A stretch of 64,000 bases of DNA, taken from the NCBI RefSeq assembly GCF_009914755.1, contig NC_060930.1; one strand, written 5' to 3'. A program made the translations under genes and the position numbers. Under the pieces are notes generated by a model. It was not told where the DNA came from. It ran no database searches and saw only the letters and a list, made by a program, of their open reading frames with translations. The stretch comes from the human T2T-CHM13v2.0 reference genome, Homo sapiens. Shown here one piece after another: positions 26,747 to 40,861 of this stretch. Numbering within the stretch: the stretch's first letter is position 1; every line of letters begins with the position of its first letter.

Positions 26747-26966
26747 CGGCTATCTCGGTCCCACAAGAGTATCCGTATGTGATTGATAATGGATGGCTGA
26801 CCTAGCTTAATCTCGATGCCGGAACGGCAGTCATCATCAATTGGGTGCCTTGAAAATCCATGATCCAAATCATAATTTTGAGTATCACCATCTAATAAGG
26901 CTGATTTCAGCTCCCCCTTTACAACTTGGGCTCCATACTTCATAGTTGCAATGTTTTCTTCTGGTA
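26747..26966 (-). CDS. BTBD9: BTBD9 coding exon (first discoidin/F5-8 type C-like repeat)
   Basis: (I)PEENIATMKYGAQVVKGELKSALLDGD...IRILLWDRDSR. Acceptor TGTAG, donor CG|GTAAGT; 220 nt, phase 1 to 2. Confidence 0.97.
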
Positions 26967-27060
26967 CTACAGTTAAAAATAGAAAAAGCAAGGTTAATGA
27001 TTACTTATTTATTCTGTATTTTTTGAAAAAAATACAATTCTAGCATTCCAGTTTATTCTA

Positions 27061-27351
<291 letters not shown>

Positions 27352-27439
27352 TTAATAAAACTAGAAAAGGCATGTACTAGGACAAACAAATCAGCTCTGC
27401 TGAGTTCATTCTACTAGTAACTTTAATATCTACTAAACA

Positions 27440-27734
<295 letters not shown>

Positions 27735-28839
27735 TCTACTAAACAAAAATAGCATGTAAGATGACCTGTACCTGCCATCTGGACTGAGGACAATGTATAA
27801 AAGCAAAGCAAACAGGTCAGAAATCTGTTAAAACAACAGAAAAAGAAAGGTTCCAATATAGCATAGCTGTTAGTTATATATGAATATGCTGAAATTAATT
27901 AATCTAGCTTATAAAACAAGATCGTTTAAAAAAGATATCTTTTTTCTGCACTTGAGAATTTTTAAAAATGAAAATTGATAGTCTGTCATCAAAATCAGTA
28001 TTATGGTTATTATTAAATCCCCTCCCCTCACCAACATTAGATTTATTAACCACCAATTGTGCCTGGGACTCTGAAGTCCTCCGTGTAAATTATGCTTCAC
28101 AGATGTGGAACCTATCTTCCAGGTACTAACATTCTAAAACTGACACTCTCCATGGAAAGACAAGAGGCTGCAGAAAGATATTAAGAGCTTGAAGAGTCAG
28201 AGATTAAACAGTGGCTCCACATTTAGCCAGGTGCATCACTTTGAAGAAGTTTCCCTCTCTCAACTTCCATTTCTCAATGGGGTGGGGGGGAGACCATATC
28301 TATCCCCCAGGTGTTTCTGTTTAAGAATTAAATGAGATGATGTTTGTAAAGCATATTATGAGCTCTACTCATATATACATATATTTTCAAAATATACAGC
28401 CATTACTATTAAGAAAACATATTAAAAAGCACACGATAAGAGAACTATGTATGTTTACAGACTGTAAAAAAATACCGAATTCTCACAGTACACATACATT
28501 TTGGTTGTGTGATTTGAATACGGGAAAGTCTGGGCTATAATCAGGTTATTGGCAAAAAGATAGTAATTCATCATTGCAGATTTCTGGAAAAATTTTTTTT
28601 AATTTCAAATGAAGATGAGTAAAGAGAGTGGCACCAGAAAAGAACAATATATTGCAGCTGAAAAATGGAAGTTTAAAATGGAAGCAAAAGACTGTAGCAA
28701 CCCAGCAAAAATAAACAAAACATCCTAGTTATGCTTAACTTCTTACCATCAGAAGTTTAAGTGCTATCGATTTATAACTTTCTAAATTCTATTAGCGTGT
28801 GATAATCACCCATATTCTTCCTATTTAACAAATCTTCTA

Positions 28840-29075
28840 TAATACATGACGTGCTAGACACTGTCCTAAGCACTTTGCAAATATTAATTCCTTTGACTTA
28901 CTCCTCATAATAATCCTTTGAGTACAGTACTATTATTACATCCATTTCACAGATGAGAAGTGGAGGCAGAAAAAAGTTAGACAGACTTACTTGTCCCAGG
29001 TCACAAAGCCAGGAAGTAGCAGAGCTGAGATCAGAACCTAAGCAGTCTGCCTGCAGAGGCCCTGTTTTTAACAGA
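28840..29075. mobile_element. MIR
   Basis: gtgctagacactgtcctaagcacttt...ccatttcacagatgagaagtggaggcaga...acttgtcccaggtcaca. Confidence 0.8.
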
Positions 29076-29737
29076 ATATTCTGCTCCTTCCCTCTTGAAG
29101 GGTTTCTGATGAATGGCCATACCTTCTCCCTCTTTCTAACCCCCACTTCCCTCTAAAATTGCCTTAGACCCAGAGGAAAGAAACAAATAGTATGATATAG
29201 GGGAAAAAAATGTTAAAGTGAAAAAAACCAAGCTTAAGATTCAGGCTCTATCATTCACCCCCCTTGAGTAAGGCCTGTTAGTCTCTCTGAATCTGCTTTC
29301 TCATCTAAAAAGAATACTTTGTCCAACTGACCTCATAGGGTTACTGTAAAAAATACACTACAGATAAAAATTACACTACAGATAATATATGCTAAAGTAA
29401 CATATAAAGCGCTCATTCAGTATTCAGTCAAAAGGCATTTTTCTGAGGACTCATCCTGTACCAGGCACCATGCAAGGTATCGGGAAGAATTAGTGAACTC
29501 GACAGAGATAGGCCCTGCCCTCCTGACACCTCCAATCTAGAGAGGAAGTACTTTATAAGCAAGCAAGCAAACAAAAGCTTGAAATCCATGCTATTCAGAT
29601 ATCAATGATGCATAACTACTTGGTAAAAATAAATGTGTTTTCCCTTCTTACTAGGCATAAAAAGTGGAGGTGCAAAGTCTGTTGCTGCTGATCCCTGGAA
29701 CCATCTCCTGCAGTCCTGACACCACAAGTCAAAACTA

Positions 29738-30048
<311 letters not shown>

Positions 30049-30573
30049 CTAGGCCAAAGACGGGAACATCAAGCTCTCAGATTTAGAATCTAATGCCACT
30101 TTTGGATTTTCTCTAAACATAAGTTTCTTCAACACTAAAACTTATGAAGCTAGGGGTAACATACCAGGCACAAGAGTTTCAAGTGATTGTGACTAAAGTC
30201 TAAAATGGAAATGAAATTTCTACCACAAGTCTAAGTCTTCTTTTGAAGTTTATTTCAAGGGTACTTGAAAACTTTCCTAACCATTCTTGATACAGACAGA
30301 TTCATTCCCTGAGAGTATTTTTCACTTCAAAACAGAGAACATCTACACAAGTGGAAATTCTCTCATGGTAACTATATGAGTATCTCATTGGATAAAAATA
30401 TAACTCCAAGAATTTTTCTGCAAAATCCATAATTAAGTGATGAATATAATAGGAAGAATCATCATGAGAAAATTCAAATCATAATAAAATAAATCAAACC
30501 ATAAATATTCTTAGTGCCTATATCTGTCTATCAGTAGAGAAAAAAAAAAGCTCTTCAAAAAATACAAAGTGCT

Positions 30574-30897
<324 letters not shown>

Positions 30898-31827
30898 TCA
30901 TAATTTTTTACACATAATTTTTAATGCATAATATTAAGCTTTGAAATTCTACAGCTAGGTAGAGATTGCTAATTATTAGAAGGAAAAATTAAGGAGAAAT
31001 GAAGCAGAATGTACCCCTAGCTACACGGTGCCAAAATCTGAGAGGAGTGCTGGGTTAATTACCTTGTGCTTTTCTTTCATTGCTTTATGTTCTTAATTAT
31101 CTTTTATCGAACTCTCTATTACATGTAGGTTGACATGGTCATTCGCCCCAGTGGATTATTTGGATCCAGACTTAGTTCTCTTCCCAAAGCAATCTACTTA
31201 CCCAATTCTGTCACCTAAATCATTTTCTACTCCCCATCCCAACTTCCCTAGAAAATGTATGGATGCTCCCTTCCTGTGAATAATCCCCAAGAACTGCAGC
31301 ATTACAAGTGACTTTCTTGACAATTCCTCACTTACCTTAACTTTACCTCCCCCTTTTTCCCACTCTCTGCAGGCCTCCTTTCCACATTTGACAGTACTGG
31401 CACTCAAACATACCACAGAATGGAAATAAAAAAGAACCCAGGCAGAAGAATCTATGGAAGAGTATTTGCTTGGTGAGTCAGAAGACCAGCACTTTGGTTC
31501 CAGTTCTGGCATTGAATTCACTTGGTAATTTAGGCAAGTTACATAGATCACAGAGCTGAAAGGGACCGTCATCCTATTAAATTAAAAAAAAAAAATCCTA
31601 GGGTGCTTCCTATGTGCTGCTCACTGTACTAGACTCAGCCCTCCCGAGCTCACCATCTCAGGAGACAAGAGCATGTGTACCGACACTACACACTCCCATG
31701 GAGGAATACTCATTAGAGATGATTTATACATCCCCTATTTACAGATGATAGTTTCTCTAGCACAATAAACTATAGTTGGGAAGATACAAATAGCATCTTC
31801 TATCTTTGAAGATACAAAGCCAAAGAG

Positions 31828-32138
<311 letters not shown>

Positions 32139-32466
32139 CAAAGAGCTTTGAAAGTATTAAAGGTTCACTGTTACTATTACTGTCTTTATGTGATAGATGA
32201 GACAAATTTAAATTCTAGTTTAGAAGCCAGGGATGGATTCATTCAGCCACTCATTTATCACTTAGCAAAACAAAAGTCTAGATTCAGGCACTGTGCTACT
32301 AGGTAGGTGCTTGAAAAACAAAGGCAAAACAACATAATTACATTGTTCAAAAAGCTCAACCTAGTATAAGAATCTAAGCAAACAAACCAAGAAATATAAT
32401 ATCACAGTTGCAAGCTCCCTCAGTCTGAGGAAACTATAGGGATAGGTACAGGGTAAACAGGACAGA

Positions 32467-32467
<1 letters not shown>

Positions 32468-32512
<45 letters not shown>
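32468..32512. repeat. (CA)n microsatellite
   Basis: About 22 uninterrupted CA units. Confidence 0.97.
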
Positions 32513-32515
<3 letters not shown>

Positions 32516-33197
32516 TATTTATGTGTTAACCAATAATGTAACTTAGCAGTCCTATGAACAGATTGACTTTTTATTCAATAAAGATATCTTGAGGATAGAA
32601 TTTGTGATATGCTCCCTACTATAAACATTCAGAAACAAGAAATTACTCTCTTTCCCCAAATCTAAAACCTGAGATATACAAAATGAAATATAACTCAGCC
32701 TTAACAAAAAAGCACTAACTTTTTAGGATAGATAGAAATATCTCCACAGCTAAGACAAAGCTAAATGTTTGGCAGAGGTACAGGTAGTTCAAATATCCTA
32801 AGAAAAAAAAATTCATTAAAAAGTTAATTCTCTTTCCCCAGCTGTATAGAAAAATGTTCATCATTATATATGCATAAAACTAGTCTAAACTACCTTCCAG
32901 AAAGACCATCACAGATAAGTTTAAAACACTGTTTGGATCTTTTTTTTTTAAGGGGGAAAAAAAAATCCCTGTAATTTGGTAAAAGCCTTAGGACATGCAG
33001 CTCTAAGAATTAAACTTTACAGTAACCAATGATAATAAATTCAAAGAAAAAGCATTAGTCTCTATATCCCAGTCCCAAGATAAAACCTCTCTACACTTCA
33101 TGAGAAGTCCCCAAAGACACAGAATCTACATCCAGATTCTGAACAACAACAACAACAAAACCAAATTCTGTCAATAACTTCAAAATAAACAGACCTA

Positions 33198-33611
<414 letters not shown>

Positions 33612-33644
33612 GGATAAAATTTACTTAGAAAATAACCTATTTTT

Positions 33645-35491
33645 GGAGATTGGGTGGGCCCACATGAGCCTACAAGTGAGGTGCAGTGGCCATGGAGGGC
33701 AACCGAGGGGTCAGTGACCACAGACTCCCTGCAACACCCCAGCCTGGCGGCCTGACATCGGCCCAGTCAGTGGAGACCTGTGGAGAGGTGGCGGTGGTGG
33801 CCTCCACAAGCCCTCTTTTTCTAGGGTTGTATAGATAGAACATCCTGGAGTCCACCATGAACAGACAGTTGGACCTAAGTGGGAAGGTAATCATGAAAGC
33901 TCAACTTGGGGAGGATATTCCAAAAATTCCTATTCATAATGAAGATATTAATATTACTTATGATGAATTAGTGCTAATGATGCAACGAGTTTTCAGGGGA
34001 AAACTTCTGCGTAATGTTGAAGTAACAATAAAGTATAAAGATGCAGATGACGATCTTATAACAATTTTTGATAGTTCTGATCTTTCCTTTGCAATTCAGT
34101 GTAGTAGGACACTGAAATTGACATTATTTGTTAATGGCCAACGAAGACCCCTTGAATCAAGTCAGGTGAAATATCTCTGTCGAGAACTGACAGAACTTTG
34201 AAATAAAGTGAATCACTTATTGGATAGCTTGGAACCACCTGGAAAACCAGGACCTTCCACTAATATTCCCGAAAATGTTACTGTGAATGGTAGGGAAGAA
34301 AAGCCTGCTTCTTCGGATTCTTCTGGAAAACAGTCTACTCAGGTTATGGCAGCAAGTATGTCAGCTTTTGACCCTTTTAAAAAACCAAGATGAAATAAAA
34401 AATAATGTTACGTCGGCATTTGGCTTAACAGATGATCAGGTTTCAGGGCAACCCAGTGCTCCTGCAGAAGACTGTTCAGGAACATCTGACAGCATTGCCG
34501 CCTCCTCCTCAGTAGCAGCTCACCCACCAGGAGTTCAGCCACAGCAACCACCATATACAGAAGCTAAGATACAAGCAGGTCAGACTGAAAGTCAGCTGTA
34601 TCAATAGTACCAGCAACAGGCTAGCTATGGTGCACCGTGTCTGCGGGCTCTACCTCAGCAGCCTCAACAGTATGGTATTCAGTATTCAAAAAGCCAGAGT
34701 CAGCAGACTGGACTCCAAACAACCTCAGCAGTTCCAAGGATATGGCCAGCAACCAACTACCCAGGCACCAGCTCCTGCCTTTTTGGTCAGCCTCAACAAC
34801 TGCCTGCTCAGCTGCCACACAGTACCAGGCAAGCAATTATCCTGCACAAATTTATACTACCCAAACTTTTCAGCCTACTAATTATACTGTGGCCCCTGCC
34901 TCTCAACCTAGAATGGCTCCAAGCCAACCTGGGGCCTATAGACCAAGATCAAGTTTTACTTCACTTCCTGTAAGTAGCATGACCCCTCCTCCAACTGGGC
35001 CTAATCCTTATATGTCCTCCCTTTGGTCAGGGCTATACCAAACCTGGACCTGGTTATCGATAACGAGGCTTATCTACACCAATTAATGTAGCTGCTAGCT
35101 ATTGGCCTCCCAAAAGACTCCAGTACTGTTTTAATCTGTAATGAAGTTCACAAATTTTAAAAGCAGAGCATTTGTTATATCTTTGTTGCTGTTAATTGAA
35201 AGTATAATTTGCTGGAACACAAAGACCAAAATCAAAGTTCTTTCCTCCCTGCTTAAAAATATAGCAACTTCTTAGTTATTTTGGAACACTACTCTTACAT
35301 GTATGTAAAGTGATTGACCTAGCTTCCCTTGTCCAGAGGATATTAAAATGCTAGTGTAAGGTTTAGTCATCTTACTTGGCTTTCTGCTATTAACATGACG
35401 TACTAAAAGTAGAGCCCTTTTAGAATACGACTAGATGTCATGTATAAAATGTAAGACTGATAGATTAATAAAGATGATTGAATTAAAAAAA
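33645..35491 (+). pseudogene. TFGP1: Processed pseudogene of TFG (TRK-fused gene), full length with UTRs, antisense to BTBD9
   Basis: Intronless copy from [10 protein letters not shown] (ATG 33857; PB1 domain) to PGPGYR-stop (35061-35063). Premature stops at 34199-34201 and 34605-34607, frameshift near 34378 and others, AATAAA 35467-35472, short A tail. TSD-like aaaataacctattttt / aaaaaaacctatcttt flanks. The symbol is from memory of the locus. Confidence 0.95.
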
Positions 35492-38079
35492 CCTATCTTT
35501 TCAGGGTCTGACAGGGAAGTGTAATGCTTCCTTGTATTTATATTATTGATTTTATTATTCACATGCTTTAAAAGTCAGGAAAAACAGACTTACTTAATCA
35601 TTACTCAAGTTCAGAAGTTAGATAAAGGATTCCCAAACATTTACATAGTCTCTTCCTTGAGCTCCCCCTCATTCACTTCAAAGTGAAGAATTTAACATTG
35701 ATGAACAACAATCTGTGTATGTGTCATTCCAGAACTGAGTGACTCAACTGGCTAAGTTCTCCCTTTCGCAACTCATCTCCTGAGTTTCTTGTAACCCAGG
35801 TACTACCCTTATACTGACCAGTTGATCAATTCCAAACTACCAGTAACCATGTGAAATGTCCAAAACAAATCCTCACTCCTGCAAACATGTCCCAAGATTA
35901 TCCCTATAATGAATCCAGTTCTAGGGCCTTTTCAGCACTTCAAATCAAATGCAGGGCAAGAGAGGGAAAGGAACTTATATAAGACAGGATCCGACATGAT
36001 AATTTGAAAAGCCTAACACTAATTACTCATCTTACTACCTCTTCACTTGCCATCCTCCCACACTTTATCCAAGGCTGACACTTAACTAGTACCATTCTCT
36101 AGCACCTCTGATTTCTTCCTGGACCTCTCCCAACCTGATCTCTCTAGCTACCATACTATTTTTTTACTACCTTACAATCCAATTCACAAATCAGACAGAC
36201 AATATGTTATCTCTATTATCTTTTCAAACATCCATGGCCTAATTCCCTGGCAGCCAATCTTCTGTCCAGATTACTTATCAACTAATCACAATTTATATCC
36301 AAAAGTTGTCTCTCAATTTTCTTGACCTCCCTATCGTGAGCTACCATTGACCATTGAATCCATAGGAAAGCTCTCTCCTCCGGTTGTCCTCTGTAACTCT
36401 ATTCTATCCCAAATGTCTTCCTTCTTCCTTCTCTACCTTAAGTCCCCTGGCAATAGATTTTCTCCAAGTTTCAGACTTTGTTTTTTACTTCTTTTTCTAT
36501 ACTCTAGCAGCTCAGGTTTCAACTCTTTTATCACCAGCTTTGACTGGTCCTAAAGAGTAATGTGTTCCTATTTCCTATTAGACATTTCTCCCTGCATTCA
36601 TTCACTAAGCATTCACCAAGCATTCACCAATTACCCATTATATGCTATTTGGTGTGTTAAATGTTGAGGATATAGAGATCAATAAGGCCTATAAAGATCA
36701 TCTCTGCCTTCAAGGATCAAAGACAAGTAAACAAAAATGTTTAAAACAATGTGATCAAGGTGGTAATTCTCACACAGATATACACAGAAAAAAAAACACA
36801 TCATAATGATATATGGTAACAATGGTTTCCTATATTGAGCTTGCACACATTATTTTAATTAAGTCTCATAACAATGCTAGGAGATATAAAAGGTAAAATT
36901 CCTTAAATAATTTAATACCAGATTGTACAACTAGTAAGTGACTAATTCAGGATTTGAAGTCAAATTTGTCTGGGCCAAAACCTATGTTTCTTCTCCTATG
37001 CCCAGTGAAAAGAAATCTAGACCTGATAAGTCAGGAGAGAATTCTGTTAAGAACATCTATTTAAGATCAATCAGTATTTCAAGAGAATGTTTAAAGGCAT
37101 AGTCAAGAAGAGATAACTCAGGGAAATGACTAGTTTGGGACAGAAGTTACAACTTGCAACCCCAAAACCCTCAAACTCAATCTAAAAATCAAGCTCAGCA
37201 TCTTCTTCAAAGAAGTACTGTACTGTATTTCATTACAGACATACCTAGCGTTCAAATTTTTAAATTTCTGAAATCGCAGTGTAGACATCATAGTGTGTCA
37301 CAGTTAATTGGCAGTATTGTTTCTTTTCTTAGTGGAACATAAAATAATGGTGCCTGAGAATTTCTGGCTTCTTAGATTTGATAACAAATGGTAACTTTCT
37401 CCTAAACTTAATCCCCACATTTATATCCCTTGAATCATCAAGATCTATTTTTTTCCATTGTATCCGTTCTAATCATCCATTATTTTCCATTTTCCCTGCC
37501 ACCAATCTGGTTTGAGGTAGTATCAATTGTGCACAGATTAAATACTCTCCTCACTGGTCTCTCTGAATCAGTTTTCCCCTATTCTAAATACTCAAATACA
37601 GCACTATGGATCAGTCTTTCAAAACCACCACTGCATGCATGCCACTCTCCCTCTCTCAAATTGGTTCCTCACTGCATGTAAGGGAGATTCCAATCTAGTT
37701 TCCAAGACTTCCATAAACTGGCCTAAGCTGACCTTCACATAGTTTCTTTGCTATTAATCAATAAAAGCCTTCTACTCTAATCAAGCTCTTCTATTTATGG
37801 TCTCTTCAAATGCTCTAACCTCTGTCTATTAACCTCATGATTCTTCCCATCTGAAATTCACCCAACTCTTATACTATTCAAATCAAATGTCAAGGCTCAA
37901 CTCAAGCTTCATAACCTCCATGAAATCTCCCTCAACCATACCAAGCCACTTCTTCTGAAGTTCTATAACATGTACTCCCTTGAATATTGTTGTATTTAAC
38001 TTTTCATGGGAGTTTATGTCTTATTTCCACAATGAAATTAAAAGGATCAAAGGCAGAGACTATGTTTAACAATTATGCA

Positions 38080-38312
38080 GCATAGTTTAGTGGTTAATTA
38101 CACAACTTCTGGAGCCAAACTACATAGGTTTGACTCTCAGCTCTGTCATCTTTCTGTGTGACCTTGGGCAAGTTACTTAACTTCTCTGTTTCAGTTTCCT
38201 CATTGTGTAAAATGGAGTCAATAACAGTATATACCTCAAAGAGTTGCGAGAATTAAATCGTGTAGGACCTGTTCTTGATACATACTATGCACTCTGTAAG
38301 TGTTAATTGCTA
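38080..38312. mobile_element. MIR
   Basis: tctggagccaaact...tgtgtgaccttgggcaagttacttaacttctctgtttcagtttcctcat. Confidence 0.85.
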
Positions 38313-38402
38313 TAAATCCATTAATAAGAAAAATCACCACTTAAGTGGTGATAAGTATCATAAGTGTTAGCTACCTTATGTATGTATGTTACATAAGTGT
38401 TA

Positions 38403-38729
<327 letters not shown>

Positions 38730-39109
38730 GAATCTCCATGTTCATGGTACCCAAAATAATAAGTACATAGAATGTACTCAGTATTTATTTGATGGAGGAA
38801 GGAAGAAAAGGTCTTAACATGAGCAGCAGCTTTTTAGGAAAGTGTCCATTTCTGACATTCTGGGGAGGAGTTGAGAAATCTGTCCAGGAATGGCAAGAAA
38901 TACCTATTTGGGGGTCTACAAAAGCTAATCAATCTCAGGAGGAATTAACAGGAAAATGAAAGGGAAAGACATTCCATAGGCTAGCTGTTTATAAACGTAC
39001 ATATTTCATGTACACCTGCACTACACGGTTCTGTAGTAGCTTTGCGGTTTTAATGGCATGAGAGGCATACCAAGCTTCTTGGTTGAGTTTAGGATAGACA
39101 GGTACTTAC

Positions 39110-39374
39110 TGAGCATGCCTCTATAATTGAGGTCCATATCCCGGCTCTCAGATCGCACTTTAATGGCATCCAGGATGGCATCAGGAGACAGCAGTCCTGA
39201 AGGCCTCACAACATTCAGAAGCTCTGTGAGGCTCATGAGAGGTAAACGCACAGCCTGCATGATTTCAGCATGATTCTCCTTTGAATTGTGCTTACACCAG
39301 TTTAATAAGGCTAGGAAAATATCTTTTTCGGGAGCTGCAAATGAGTCTCTTAACACGATGTTTAAAAGTGCTGT
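39110..39374 (-). CDS. BTBD9: BTBD9 coding exon (BACK domain)
   Basis: TALLNIVLRDSFAAPEKDIFLALLNW...VRLPLMS...LNYRGML. Acceptor TTTTCAG, donor A|GTAAGT; 265 nt, phase 0 to 1. Confidence 0.97.
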
Positions 39375-40497
39375 CTGAAAAGGATAAAAAGGTAAAATTC
39401 CAGTTATATGAAGTTCAACCACTGCATGACCAATCAGTAAAAGCTTACAGGACAAGTATAACTTAGCCAATTAACTCTTTTTGACCCTCTCCTTCCCTTA
39501 TGCTTTGTGCCACATATTCTCCTACTCATTATGGCTGTGTAAACAACCAAGACGGTAGCACCATTCTTTTATGTTCAGGTATCTTGTACCACTACATCAA
39601 ACATTTAATCTTTCCAAACACATCTGCATTCATCTTTTTTAAAACAGCAAAAAGAAAAACGCCAAAGTGAAAAGCTGTCAATACATTCAGATTCTTCAAG
39701 AGAGTGTACATTGTTAAGTTAGAAAGACATATTTGGCATTTAAAATTCAAATTTTGTTCCACAGTATTACTTCACTACCATACTTTTGGCTCTCAGATCT
39801 CCAAACTGACCTCCAGGAACAATGTTGCAACCCTCAAAGATCATTGTCTTTAAAAATTAAGTAGAAAAAAATGAAATAGGATAACACAGATCTTAATTTA
39901 CACTCAAATCAAGATATGTAGCTTTTCAATAGATTTTTCTCATTAGAAATATCCAGGTTCTAGAAGGAACACAACAAGGGAAATGGAGAGACAATCACTA
40001 CCCAGAGTTCAAAGGAAGATTTGAGCAAAACAGTTTTACTCTAGCTATAATACTGAATTTTAAGCCAGCAAAAAAAGCAGGGACTTAAAGACATCAAATG
40101 TTGCATCAGATCTCCTCTATGAATTTGCCTGCTTGCTCTAAGGAATTATTAGTCACACTCTCTGTCAGAGAAAAACAAAACCAAAAGGTAGTATGCAATA
40201 CCAAAAAGGACCCTATTTGATTGTCACTACCTTGAAAACAACCACACAGCAGCACAGTCTCTTTTGCACATAAAACTTACCTGAAGAACCTTAAAAGAAA
40301 ACACAACCAACCAGCCCCTCTCTTTTATGATCTAGAGTCCTGGTAGCTAGATGCAAGTGGCTAGACCAGATAACCAATGATAACGCTTTGATACCAATGA
40401 TTTTTTTTATTATTCTTAGTCCATTGCTATACTTCTACAGTATAGGTATAAATAAAACAATGCATGCCTATAAATTACTTGTAGACAAATGACACAC

Positions 40498-40861
40498 CTT
40501 AGAAAGGGAGAGGAAACCTTCACTTGAGAGGACTTCCTGAGCATTCCTATCCATAAACATGCAGCACATACAAGTTAACTTGGGAAGTGAGTAGAGACTG
40601 GCAACATCAAAAGTCATGCAGACATTCTGAATGTTAAGTATGGTGCAGAGATACTCAGAGGTAGAATCCTCTAGCTCTGGAAATCCATATTTATGAGCCA
40701 GGCTCAAAAAGTCCAGCAGCACCTCCTCCTTCTCATCTGTCAGCGTTGCCCGCCCAGTGTAGATATATTTGAGTAGCATTGTGAATGCTTCTGCAGTGGT
40801 GTCTTGGAGAGGAATTTCTGCTTCAGGCTGAGACTCTCGCATTCCACCATATAATAATGCT
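40498..40861 (-). CDS. BTBD9: BTBD9 coding exon (BTB core to start of BACK domain)
   Basis: ALLYGGMRESQPEAEIPLQDTTAEAFTMLLKYIYTG...FLSLSK. Acceptor TGCAG at 40863-40862, donor AAG|GTGTGT; 364 nt, phase 2 to 0, in frame with neighbours. Confidence 0.97.

Noticed and set aside
31330-31440. Strong donor AAG|GTAAGT at 31336 and a plus-strand acceptor at 31372
   Set aside because: The partner acceptor is poorly placed and all implied exon lengths shift frame; no partner found for the plus-strand site.
34208-35086. Overlapping ORFs on both strands within the TFG copy
   Set aside because: Frameshifted pieces of the pseudogene and their antisense shadows.
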